This document shows positions 40,888-50,580 of a DNA stretch of 64,000 bases, piece after piece (position 1 is the first letter of the stretch; each line of letters opens with the position of its first letter). Made by a program: the position numbers and the translations under genes. The notes below the pieces were generated by a model. The model was given only the letters and a program-made list of their open reading frames with translations. It ran no database searches and was not told where the DNA came from. The stretch is taken from the NCBI GenBank assembly GCA_943788175.1, contig CALSPG010000006.1, forward strand, positions 128,001 to 192,000. The letters are read 5' to 3'. Origin of the DNA: an uncultured bacterium (lineage in GTDB: Bacteria; Fidelibacterota; Marinisomatia; Marinisomatales; UBA1611).

Positions 40888-41598
40888 TTATTGAATATTC
40901 CTCTTCTTTTTTATCTCGCTATAAGCATCACTAACAGCTTTAAATTTTTCTTCAGCAGTTTTTTGTATTTCTTTGCCTAAGTGAGCAACTTTATCTGGAT
41001 GATATTTAACTGCCATCTTTCGATAAGCTTTTTTTATTTCACTATCAGTAGCACTTGGTTCAATTTCTAGTATTTTATAGGCGCTATCCATATCTTTGAT
41101 AAAAATAGCTTTAATTGATTCATAGTCTTTTTTACTAATATTTAAATATCCAGATATAGTGCTAATCACCTTTACTTCTTGAGGGTGGATTTCTCCATCA
41201 GATGCAGATAGACCAAAAAGAACATGTAAAAGTTCGAGTCTGCTTGGATGATCCATAGACTTTTGTATCTGCCCGCATACTTCTGCAACACTGTAATCTT
41301 GTTTTAATATTTCTTGGAACATTTTAATAAAGACACTTGATTGCTTCGAACTCAGATTGCGTTTTAAGAAACTTTTTACATAGTCTAATTCCGATTTAAG
41401 GAGCTTGCCATCAGCTTTCATAACCTTTGCAAAAAGAACCAAAAGAGAGACCATAAAGTCTCCGGCCTGAGATTGTTTTATACTTTTGTAAGAGCTCTGA
41501 TCTCCCGATCCCGCAAAAATGACACCTAAAATCCCACCAATTGGACCACCAAATGCCCAGCCTAAGGTTCCCCACAGTATTTGTTTTCCTGATATCAT
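40888..41598 (-). CDS. djlA: DjlA-like co-chaperone (TM, TerB-like and C-terminal J domains)
   Basis: GGPIGG anchor, KADG, HPD J-domain. Start moved to MISGK (41598) to avoid overlap with typA. Confidence 0.82.
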   Translation of the reverse strand: MISGKQILWGTLGWAFGGPIGGILGVIFAGSGDQSSYKSIKQSQAGDFMVSLLVLFAKVMKADGKLLKSELDYVKSFLKRNLSSKQSSVFIKMFQEILKQDYSVAEVCGQIQKSMDHPSRLELLHVLFGLSASDGEIHPQEVKVISTISGYLNISKKDYESIKAIFIKDMDSAYKILEIEPSATDSEIKKAYRKMAVKYHPDKVAHLGKEIQKTAEEKFKAVSDAYSEIKKKRNIQ

Positions 41599-41602
41599 TA
41601 TT

Positions 41603-43429
41603 TTAGACTGAGTACTTTTCCTTTTTACGTGCAGACATGCGTTTGTTTTGATCAAGCTCCATTTTTCTAAGCCTAATAGATAGCGGTGTGATTTCAACCA
41701 GCTCATCTTCTGCAATAAATTCAATAGATTGATCCAGCGATAATCTTTTAGGGGGACGAAGAGTTACAGTATTATCAGATCCAGAGGCTCGCATGTTAGA
41801 GAGCTTCTTTTCTTTTGTAATATTAACATTTAAATCTTCTGGCCTATTTCTTTCGCCAATTACCATTCCAGAATAAACTTCTGTACCTACATCTACAAAT
41901 AATTCACCACGATCAACCATTCCAAGGCAAGCAAAAGTAGTTATTTTCCCAGAACGATCAGATACAATGGCTCCACTTTTTCGCTGCGGTATTGGACCGA
42001 ACCAAGGCGCATAACCATCAAAGAGTTTATTCATTATTCCAGCACCCTGAGTGTCCGTCATGAACTGAGAACGAAACCCAATTAACCCGCGTGAAGGAAT
42101 AGAAAACTCCATATTAACCCTACCACTTCCATGGTTTTGTAAATTTGTCATACGTCCTTTCCTTGTAGATAATTTTTCTGTAATCGTACCAACCTTATCT
42201 TCGGGGATATCAAGGAATACTTTTTCCATTGGTTCTAATGTTTTTCCATCTTCCTCTTTTGTAATCACTCTAGGTTTTGAGACCATAAGTTCATACCCTT
42301 CTCTTCTCATTGTTTCAATGAGAATAGCCATTTGCAGTTCTCCTCTACCACGAACCTCAAAAGCATCAGTACGCTCAGTTTCTAATACCTGTACAGACAC
42401 ATTGGATAGGATTTCTTTATCTAGTCTCTCTTTGATATGACGCGTAGTCAAATACTTACCTTCTTTTCCTGCAAAGGGGCTATTATTTATATAAAACAAC
42501 ATTGACACTGTTGGCTCATCGACTTCAATTCTTGGTAACGGTTCAGGGTTTTCATTACTAGATATAGTGTCACCAATAGTAATACCCTCTATACCTGCAA
42601 CAGCTATAATATCACCAGCTTCAAGTTTTTCAACTTTGATTTTATCCAAGCCATCAAAGGTATAAAGCGTTGAAAATTTTTGATTATGCAAAATATTATT
42701 TTCACTACACAACGCATAAGATCCATTCATGTCAAGCGTGCCATTATTTAATCGACCTATTGCAACCTGCCCAACATATGAATCATAATCAAGACTAGTT
42801 ATTAAAAATTGAGACGCTTTATTATCGTCAGCAATTGGCCCTTGAATTTTTGTTAATATCGTATCAAACAGAGGTTCCAAATTTGTAGAACCATCATCTA
42901 ATTCATTATGAGCAATCCCATCTTTAGCATTAGTATAAATTATTGGAAATTCAATTTGAGTTTCTGTAGCATCTAAATCAATAAATAAGTCATATACCTC
43001 ATCGACTACTTCCTCAATCCTAGCATCAGACCTATCAATTTTATTTATTATAAGAATTATAGGGAGATTTTTTTCTAGAGCCTTCTTTAATACAAACCTG
43101 GTTTGAGGCAAAGGCCCCTCACTAGAGTCAACTAGCAAGAGAGCGCCATCAACCAGGTTGAGGCTCCTTTCTACTTCACCACCAAAATCAGCGTGACCAG
43201 GGGTATCCATGATATTAATTTTTATGTCTTTATAATTAATAGCAGTGTTTTTGGCCGTTATTGTAATGCCTCTTTCTTTTTCAAGATCCATCGAGTCCAT
43301 CACTCGGTCTTCAACATTTTGATGTGCTTGAAATGTTCCACTTTGTTTCAATAAACCATCAACTAGTGTAGTTTTTCCATGATCAACATGCGCAATAATT
43401 GCAATGTTTCTAAAATTTTCTTTTCTCAA
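41603..43429 (-). CDS. typA: Translational GTPase TypA/BipA
   Basis: AHVDHGKTT, ERGITI, DTPGHADF, NKID and GRGELQ. Confidence 0.96.
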   Translation of the reverse strand: MRKENFRNIAIIAHVDHGKTTLVDGLLKQSGTFQAHQNVEDRVMDSMDLEKERGITITAKNTAINYKDIKINIMDTPGHADFGGEVERSLNLVDGALLLVDSSEGPLPQTRFVLKKALEKNLPIILIINKIDRSDARIEEVVDEVYDLFIDLDATETQIEFPIIYTNAKDGIAHNELDDGSTNLEPLFDTILTKIQGPIADDNKASQFLITSLDYDSYVGQVAIGRLNNGTLDMNGSYALCSENNILHNQKFSTLYTFDGLDKIKVEKLEAGDIIAVAGIEGITIGDTISSNENPEPLPRIEVDEPTVSMLFYINNSPFAGKEGKYLTTRHIKERLDKEILSNVSVQVLETERTDAFEVRGRGELQMAILIETMRREGYELMVSKPRVITKEEDGKTLEPMEKVFLDIPEDKVGTITEKLSTRKGRMTNLQNHGSGRVNMEFSIPSRGLIGFRSQFMTDTQGAGIMNKLFDGYAPWFGPIPQRKSGAIVSDRSGKITTFACLGMVDRGELFVDVGTEVYSGMVIGERNRPEDLNVNITKEKKLSNMRASGSDNTVTLRPPKRLSLDQSIEFIAEDELVEITPLSIRLRKMELDQNKRMSARKKEKYSV

Positions 43430-43475
43430 AATAAATACCTATCATTTGTTAAAATTAAAATTATTTTCAAAACTC

Positions 43476-43505
43476 AAAAAAAAACCCGCCATAAAGACGG
43501 GTTTT
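43476..43505 (-). terminator. Intrinsic terminator after tRNA-fMet
   Basis: Minus strand AAAACCCGTC-TTTAT-GGCGGG followed by a T-run. Confidence 0.85.
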
Positions 43506-43512
43506 CTTGAAG

Positions 43513-43586
<74 letters not shown>

Positions 43587-43762
43587 ATCATTAATTTTTA
43601 TCTATATTAAATAGCGGTCGAAAGATAAGCTAAGTAAAAAATTTATACAACAGTTACAATTAATTATTTAATAAAAAACAATCAATACAAAACGTAAATA
43701 TATTTTTAGGATAAATGACATTAGATTAATAAGATTTGGCCCCGTAAACGGGTAAAATAACT

Positions 43763-44419
43763 ATGTCAAATAATAAAGAATTAGACGCTCTGTTACAGAT
43801 ATTATCTGGAGAACAGACAATTATCCAACGTACTGATCAAAAAGCGTTTACCCTTCTATCTATTCTTGGTGCTTTTATGGTATTTTTTATTGTCCATTTT
43901 ACAAAAATGCAACTCGACATGGTCATTTTTTCACTAATTATGATCTATTTTCCTGCAGCAATGGGAACAATTTACTTTTTGGTGAGAGTTTTAATACCTA
44001 GAGTCAGGGGAGCAAAAGAAAAAAATGAAGAACCCGATGAAGAACAAACTGAAGATATCAACCCAACTTTTTTTGCTGGAATCAGTCAGTTTAACTCTCC
44101 AAATGAATATGCTATATATCTAAAGTCAATAGCAAATGATGAAAAAAAATTATACAAAATGTTTTCTGCTCAAGTATTTTCGTTAGGTTTAATCAATCAG
44201 CGTAAAAACAACAGCCTTAGAAAATCAATGGTATTTTTTGTTACTGCGTTGGTCTCTGAATTGTTGATTATCATGTATTTAGCATACCTAAGAGCCTACT
44301 CTTATCTTGATGATAGGATTTATCAATTTATTTACGGTATCATATTTATCAGTGTGGTTGCCATTGCTTTAGCACGATATGATGTTATTAGCAAAGTACG
44401 AAAGTCACTAAACATATGA
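43763..44419 (+). CDS. Pycsar effector-like (PycTM/DUF5706-type) membrane protein
   Basis: RTDQKA before TM1, PR after TM2, FFAGI, then Q...K before TM3; one extra C-terminal TM. Recognised by motif pattern only. Confidence 0.72.
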   Translation: MSNNKELDALLQILSGEQTIIQRTDQKAFTLLSILGAFMVFFIVHFTKMQLDMVIFSLIMIYFPAAMGTIYFLVRVLIPRVRGAKEKNEEPDEEQTEDINPTFFAGISQFNSPNEYAIYLKSIANDEKKLYKMFSAQVFSLGLINQRKNNSLRKSMVFFVTALVSELLIIMYLAYLRAYSYLDDRIYQFIYGIIFISVVAIALARYDVISKVRKSLNI

Positions 44420-44934
44420 GCAAAAATATTTATGTTATTCTACTCAGCTTCTTAATAGGGTGCATACCTCCATCCTCAAGCATACCTGGTCCAAAAGGAG
44501 ATATTGGTCCAAGAGGCCCAATAGGAGTTCAAGGTCCAAAGGGAGATAAAGGCCCAAAAGGAAATAACGGCGAAAGCGTGCCATCAGAATTATTAAAAGA
44601 ATTAAAAAACTCATTAAATAATTCAAACAATGAAACAATTGTAGGTACTTTAGCTTACAGCTTTGGCATTGCACCACGAATAACTGGCTTTTCCTATTTA
44701 ACTTCCGCAGGTAAAGTTTTTAAGCTAGAAAATAAAAACCCTCAAAAATTTGGTAGTGAAATAAAACTAATTACTCAAATATCAACAGATCAAAAATTTG
44801 TTTCCTTTGGCCGTACCACATATGGCGATGACATAAAACAACTTTTCACTGCGGTTTCAACAAATGGTGATATATACATTTCTGAAAAATTAGATTCTTG
44901 GGCAAAAGTAGCTACCATTCCACTTAGCAATTAA
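44416..44934 (+). CDS. Collagen-like lipoprotein
   Basis: Lipobox LIGC; ten Gly-X-Y triplets (GPK GDI GPR GPI GVQ GPK GDK GPK GNN GES); ATGA overlap with the upstream gene. Confidence 0.8.
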   Translation: MSKNIYVILLSFLIGCIPPSSSIPGPKGDIGPRGPIGVQGPKGDKGPKGNNGESVPSELLKELKNSLNNSNNETIVGTLAYSFGIAPRITGFSYLTSAGKVFKLENKNPQKFGSEIKLITQISTDQKFVSFGRTTYGDDIKQLFTAVSTNGDIYISEKLDSWAKVATIPLSN

Positions 44935-44952
44935 ATTTTTATTGATTAACTT

Positions 44953-46131
44953 TTGATTATGGGCATAATCACAAAGTTTATCGGAAACAAACTTGTCAAA
45001 GCTGCTATCAAAGCTGGTCATATTCCAGCAGAAATACCTTCCAATGAGAAAGAAAGACTTGAAGACCTAAAGCGTTTAAAATTAGTAGAACAAAATATTA
45101 ATAAAGATAAACGCTATTCTAGTTTTCCAAAATTAGCCGCTACATTAACAGGCTGCTCTCAGTCAGCAATACACATACTTGATGACGATACCCAACATTG
45201 TAAAGTAAGCTATGGTAAAGATTTACCAACAGAAATCATGACAAAAGAAGCGCCAAGACAGCTTGCAATATGTTCTCACGTATTAAACAATAATTCAAAA
45301 CCCTTAGTAATAAGTGATGTTTCAATTGATGAAAGAACAAAACACGCATATGCTTTAGCACCAGGATTTCCTAGATTTTATGCCGGTAGCCCAATTATAT
45401 CAAAATCGGGTTTTACACTTGGAACATTTTGTGTATTTGATGACGAACCTAAAGTTCTTGAGCATTCAAAGATTGATGCATTGCGAATGCTGGCAGACCA
45501 ATTTATAAATATTTACGAATCATCAAATGAGTTTGCTTCAAATGATATTGACATAAATACTAGTTCAGAAAAAATCATTGGAGAATATTATTCATCAACA
45601 ACTATTTTATTTTCTGATTTTGTAGGATTTACAAAAAAAACTGAGGAATTAGATCCTGGTCAATTAATTGAAATTTTAGATTCATTTTTTAGTGGTTTTG
45701 ACAAAATTATGGAAAGATTTTCTATTAAAAAAATTAAAACCATTGGCGATGCATATATGGCTGCTGGAGGTATTCCTGATCTTAATTCAGATCACGCAGA
45801 TAGAACTGTGATGGCAGCCATTGAGATGATAAACTATGTAAGGGGAATAAACTTTCAACAAAAAGCGCTAGGAAATGAACCTTGGGAAGTCAGAATAGGA
45901 GTACATACTGGTCCTATAATCGCTGGAAAAACATCAAGTGAATTTGATATTTGGGGAGACTCTGTAAACATCGCTGCAAGATTAGAAAGCAGCGGAAAAA
46001 AGATGCGGGTTAATTGCTCAGAGGAAACAAAGTCGCATTTAAAAAACGCCTATAACTTTGAGACAAAGAGCAACGTTGAATTGAAAGGAAAAGGACAAGC
46101 GACTACTTTTATTATCAAAGATCAAATCTAA
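44953..46131 (+). CDS. GAF-domain class III adenylate cyclase
   Basis: GAF (NEKERL, FYAGSP, GTFCVFD) plus cyclase motifs ILFSDFVGFT, KTIGDAYM and DIWGDSVNIAARLES. Confidence 0.9.
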   Translation: MIMGIITKFIGNKLVKAAIKAGHIPAEIPSNEKERLEDLKRLKLVEQNINKDKRYSSFPKLAATLTGCSQSAIHILDDDTQHCKVSYGKDLPTEIMTKEAPRQLAICSHVLNNNSKPLVISDVSIDERTKHAYALAPGFPRFYAGSPIISKSGFTLGTFCVFDDEPKVLEHSKIDALRMLADQFINIYESSNEFASNDIDINTSSEKIIGEYYSSTTILFSDFVGFTKKTEELDPGQLIEILDSFFSGFDKIMERFSIKKIKTIGDAYMAAGGIPDLNSDHADRTVMAAIEMINYVRGINFQQKALGNEPWEVRIGVHTGPIIAGKTSSEFDIWGDSVNIAARLESSGKKMRVNCSEETKSHLKNAYNFETKSNVELKGKGQATTFIIKDQI

Positions 46132-46223
46132 TAAGCATATTTATTAACTTAAGGTTTTCGGCTACCACACTACTACTAATAACAATAAAAAACTTGGAAC
46201 TTTTTAAACTACCTTAAGTTAGT

Positions 46224-46300
46224 AATAATAGGAGCAGGCTTTTAGTATGACACCTTTCCTCCTCTTTGGTTTCACCCCTGCCTGCTCCTATTATTTTTTT
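46224..46300 (+). ncRNA. Candidate structured small RNA / long hairpin with CCUCCU apical loop
   Basis: Perfect 16-bp inverted repeat (46224-46239 / 46280-46295), inner stem TGACACC/GGTTTCA, loop TTTCCTCCTCTTT and a trailing T-run. Confidence 0.45.
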
Positions 46301-47606
46301 CTAAATGATAATCTAATTGGCAAGCCCTTTAAGTCAAAATTTAACCGTATCTGGTTCATAAGAAAACGTTGGTACGAAACCTTTATTAATTTTGGATAAT
46401 TAGCAAATAAAGCAATTACAACAGGCTGCTTGTGAACTTGGACACAATAATTTATTTTAATTACCTTCCCTTTTTCAGCTGGAGGAGGGTTTTCGTTCAT
46501 AGCTTTTTCAACTAAAGAATTCAACTTGTTTGTTGGAATAGAATTTTTTGACCTTTCGTAAACTGACCATGCGTCTCCAAAACTTTATTGATTCTTTGCC
46601 TGGTTGTGGAAGATATAAAAATAATTGGAAAATGATCTAATTCCTTATACTGTAAACGGATCTCTTCCTCAAATTCTTTCATTGTACTTGTGGATTTTTC
46701 AATTTTATCCCATTTATTTACAACAAAAATCAATGCCTTGCCCTTACTTATTACATAATCAACAATTGACTTATCTTGCTTACCAAAACCTTTTTCTGCA
46801 TCAATTAGAACTAAAGCAACATTACAACTAAAAATTGCATTTTGTGTTCTAAGGCTACTGTAATATTCTATTTTATCTTTTATTTTGGACAGTTTTCTAA
46901 GTCCAGCAGTATCAACTAATGTTATTTCATTCCCATGCCATTTTAAATATGAATCAATAGCATCTCTGGTCGTACCAGCTATTGGAGTTACAATTGTTTG
47001 TTCTCTCTGAAGAAGAGCATTCGTAAGAGATGATTTTCCAACATTTGGCATTCCGACGATTGCTAATCTTAAATCTTCAGGATTGTCATATTCTTCATTG
47101 GTTACTCCTAGACCAAGCTTACTAAGGACAGCATCAAGAAGGTCTCCTGTTAATCTACCATTAAGCGCAGAAATAGGATATGGTTCTCCAATTCCTAAAT
47201 GATAAAAATTTTGAACTATTGAATCGTATTTCATTGTATCAACTTTATTAACGACCAATAAGTGTGGACGATCACTTTCTCGAACAAATTGAGCGAGTGT
47301 AAGATCACTTGAGGTTGCATCAACACGACCATCAATCATAAGAAGAATTAAATCTGCTTCTGAAATAGCTAATTTTGCTTGTTCTCTTACAGCCGCATTA
47401 AATATATCAGTATCTTCTGGTATAAACCCACCGGTGTCAATAAAACGGAGCTTTTGTCCGCACCATTCCATTTCTCCATAGATTCGATCTCTGGTTATAC
47501 CCTCAGTTGCATCTACGATTGCCTGCCTTTGGCTCAAAACACGATTGAAAAATGTGGATTTACCGACATTCGGTCGACCAACTATTGCTATAAGGGGCGT
47601 TGACAT
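46291..47606 (-). CDS. der: Ribosome biogenesis GTPase Der (EngA); 1-nt deletion near 46572
   Basis: Two G domains (GRPNVGKS, GMPNVGKS). The KH-like tail lies in ORF 46291..46524; adding one G gives VLETAWSVYERSKNSIPTNKLNSLV. Confidence 0.95.
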
Positions 47607-47687
47607 ATATAAAAATACTTAATTTAAACTAAAATCTTCACCAATAAATCAACTCAAAACTTGAATTATTTTAAAAGAAAAGCTTAA

Positions 47688-49560
47688 CTAATCAAGCAAT
47701 ATCATTTTTTTAGTTGAACTAAACTCGCCCGACTGAATTGAATAAAAATAAACGCCTGTGGAAACTTTTTGCTTATTATTATTCTTCCCATCCCATTTTA
47801 CACTTCTGAACCCTGCGGTCTGATATTCATTAGCCAATGTTTTTACTATTTTTCCCATTGTATTATAGACAGCAATTTTCACGTGGCTACTAATTGACAA
47901 CTGATATCTTATTTGAGTGCTTGGATTAAAAGGATTTGGATGATTTTGATATAATCTAAACACAGATGGATTGATTTCGTTTTCATTTTTTAATGTTGAT
48001 GCTGATATGCAGTCAAACAACGAGCTGTAAAACTGATTTGAATAATTAATATCATCAACAATATAACCGCAACCGCTAATCATACCACAATGATTATTTA
48101 CCCATGCAAATCCTAACGCCATGTCACAAAGGCCAAAATCCACTCCAGAAAGATCATTCATATTTCCCGGGTTTTCGCAAGTGATAAGTTGATCATCTTG
48201 ATAGTAATCAGCATAACAACCGCCGCAATAATTAGCGGCACATTCAGCACTATCATTTGAAGAACAATTTGAAACTGTGCAAGGCTCAACAAAACAGCTC
48301 ACTGGCTGCTGACATTGATCGGATAAAAAAATTGAATTAATGTTTACAGCGCTACATTCCACACATTGAATTGTATCACCTTCTATTTCAACAAATCTAT
48401 TTACAAAATATTCAAAATTCGGAATATTATTTTGATTTGCGACATTGTAAAGAAACTCTCCATTTTCGGATTCTAAATGATACATGCCACAATCATCCAT
48501 GCAGAAAGAAGCTTCAGTTGCACGTAAATAACCAATGTTTGTATCAGGAGGTGGTGGCGGTGGACCTTGCTCACAAATAATGGATGTTAGGAAAGAAGAA
48601 ACTCCATCAGGTTGTGTTATAACGGAATCACAATATGATTCATCATTTTTCATAAAGTAATTCAACCAGAAAAGAGCCTGCTTTCCAACAATTCCTGATG
48701 GCACTATAGAAGACCCATGCCCTTCATTAGCTGATTCAAAATATAATTTATCTGTATCATCCGGAACATGTTCATACTGAGGTAATGCCCACATATTATC
48801 ATATGCGTCATCATCTGGAGTTACAAGCTCATTATATTCATTTTCCCCTGCGAAAATAAGGACTGGTACATCATGATTTAGGTGCTCTTCGATTAAGCAA
48901 TAATAGTCACTTTCAGCATTACAATTAACAGAATCTAAAAATGCAACCGCTGGGTTTAATAATATCCCAGTTTTTAATGTAGAGTCTATTGTCAAAGCAG
49001 TATGCGCTCCGCCTCCACTTGTTGAATAACCAGAAACAGCAAAACTTGATGTATCGATCATATTAAATAAAGGTGATATTTGTCTTCCATTTTCTGATTT
49101 TACTGTTTCAATAGCACTCAGGAGAGCAATTGCTCTGTCCATATAATCCCAATCTGAATTGGAATCCCTTAAAGTCTCATCTAAATTGCCAATTGACATA
49201 GCTATATAACCGTGTGAGGCAAAAAATTGAGCCCAATTTATTAGACCGGGTTCGGACCCAAAAGCATCAATGAGTACAACGCTTTTGTAGGGTGGACTAG
49301 CATCAATAGGGTAATATAAAAATCCACTGCTGTATAAGTCACTAGATTGGAGACCGTCAAACTCTGTTAAATAAGTGTATTCATAAGGACCATTATTAGT
49401 TCCTCCGCCGCCGTTATCTTCACAAGAATTTTGGTCTTCATTCCAAGTGCAATAATCAGGATATGCCGCACAATCTGTTTGATTTAAATCACTGCATTCA
49501 GAAAATGCAAATTGTAAAAAGTAAATGACTATTAAAAAAAATACCTTTTATATGAAACAT
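47688..49560 (-). CDS. Secreted cutinase/PETase-like alpha/beta hydrolase with Cys-rich modules and PNPFNP C-terminal domain; frameshift in A8 run at 49534-49541
   Basis: The frame extends upstream of 49199 (GPY, LYYP, WAQFFASHGY). GYSTSGGG, VPVLIFAGENE and KLYFESANEGH. Shortening the run by one base joins ATG 49560 and gives signal peptide MFHIKGIFLIVIYFLQFAFS. Confidence 0.8.
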
Positions 49561-49650
49561 TCTACTTAACCTTTTTATTAACCTAACTTAAGAACTGTAC
49601 GTATTAAAATGCTAAGGTACTCACGATTAAAAATGTTTTAAAAATATATT

Positions 49651-49726
49651 TTGTATAAGGAGCAAACTAGGGAGGATACAATAGATGAAATTTTAATCTA
49701 CTATAAAGTGTCTGCTCCTTTTACAA
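49651..49726 (-). ncRNA. Candidate structured small RNA / long hairpin carrying CCUCCC
   Basis: Minus strand: outer stem AAGGAGCAGAC/GTTTGCTCCTT and inner stem TATAGTAGAT/ATCTATTGTA; both use G-U pairs only on this strand. Confidence 0.42.
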
Positions 49727-49731
49727 TTTAA

Positions 49732-50337
49732 TTAATAGTTTTTAGCAACCCTCTTTGACAAACGCGAACGAATTCTACTCAAAGCAACATCGGTGATACC
49801 TAGATAAGATGCTATCATTTTAAGAGAAATTGATTGGATTATCTTCGGATGATTTTCAACCAATTCAAGATATCTATCTTCTGCAGATTTCGTAATCATG
49901 GACTCAAATCTTTTCTCAATATTCTGATGAAATAAATTTGTAATCTTAAATGCGATAATTTCGAGGTTGGGAATTTTTCTCTTCCCGATCTCAAAATTTT
50001 CTTTTGTCAGCTCCCATACATCACAATCAGTGACAGCTTTTATTGAGTACCTTGAAGGTTCTTCCAGATAAAAACTCGGGTAGACCAATGCTGGAGAATC
50101 TCTAAATATAAAGTCTCTAACGAACACTTTCGAGCCATGTTGATATTCCATCGAAAGAATACCCTTATTTAGGTAATAAACAGACTTTGAGATAGTTCCT
50201 TGTTGATCAATTACAGATTTTTTTTTGTACTGTTTTCGAGAGTGTAGTGCTCCTAAAAAAATTTTTTCTTGTTCATTAAGCGAGGCAATTTTACTCATTC
50301 TATCAACATGAGAATTTTTTGATTTTATGCTAGACAC
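49732..50337 (-). CDS. Crp/Fnr family transcriptional regulator
   Basis: cNMP-binding barrel and C-terminal HTH (AEDRY...IASYLGITDVALSRIR). Confidence 0.9.
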   Translation of the reverse strand: MSSIKSKNSHVDRMSKIASLNEQEKIFLGALHSRKQYKKKSVIDQQGTISKSVYYLNKGILSMEYQHGSKVFVRDFIFRDSPALVYPSFYLEEPSRYSIKAVTDCDVWELTKENFEIGKRKIPNLEIIAFKITNLFHQNIEKRFESMITKSAEDRYLELVENHPKIIQSISLKMIASYLGITDVALSRIRSRLSKRVAKNY

Positions 50338-50580
50338 ATATTATTTACGGGCAAAAACATTCCAGTACTCACACAAAATTTTTTAAATATTTATGCTAAA
50401 AAAAGATAAAAACAAAAAAAATGCAATATTTTGAACTTACAGTTTGACTCAAAAGTACCGCGCAATATATATTATGATTCGCCAATCACGCATTAAATAA
50501 TGCTTTCATTTTAGTCAACTGTTTTGTTTTAAAAAATTGCCGCAGGGCATGAAAACCACATACTACATAGGATGTAAATT

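Noticed and set aside
41599-41724. Long N-terminal extension of the DjlA-like ORF overlapping typA
   Set aside because: Artefact of longest-ORF calling; the Met at 41598 directly precedes the typical TM anchor.
44953-46131. Canonical PycC pyrimidine cyclase
   Set aside because: Specificity residues are of the adenylate type and the architecture is GAF-cyclase.
46521-46580. Programmed frameshift in der
   Set aside because: No slippery sequence or stimulatory structure at the junction; a single missing base explains it.
50420-50575. NrdR boxes or cobalamin riboswitch upstream of nrdJ
   Set aside because: Only partial NrdR-like matches (e.g. CAATATTTTG) with no clear tandem pair, and no riboswitch core recognisable.
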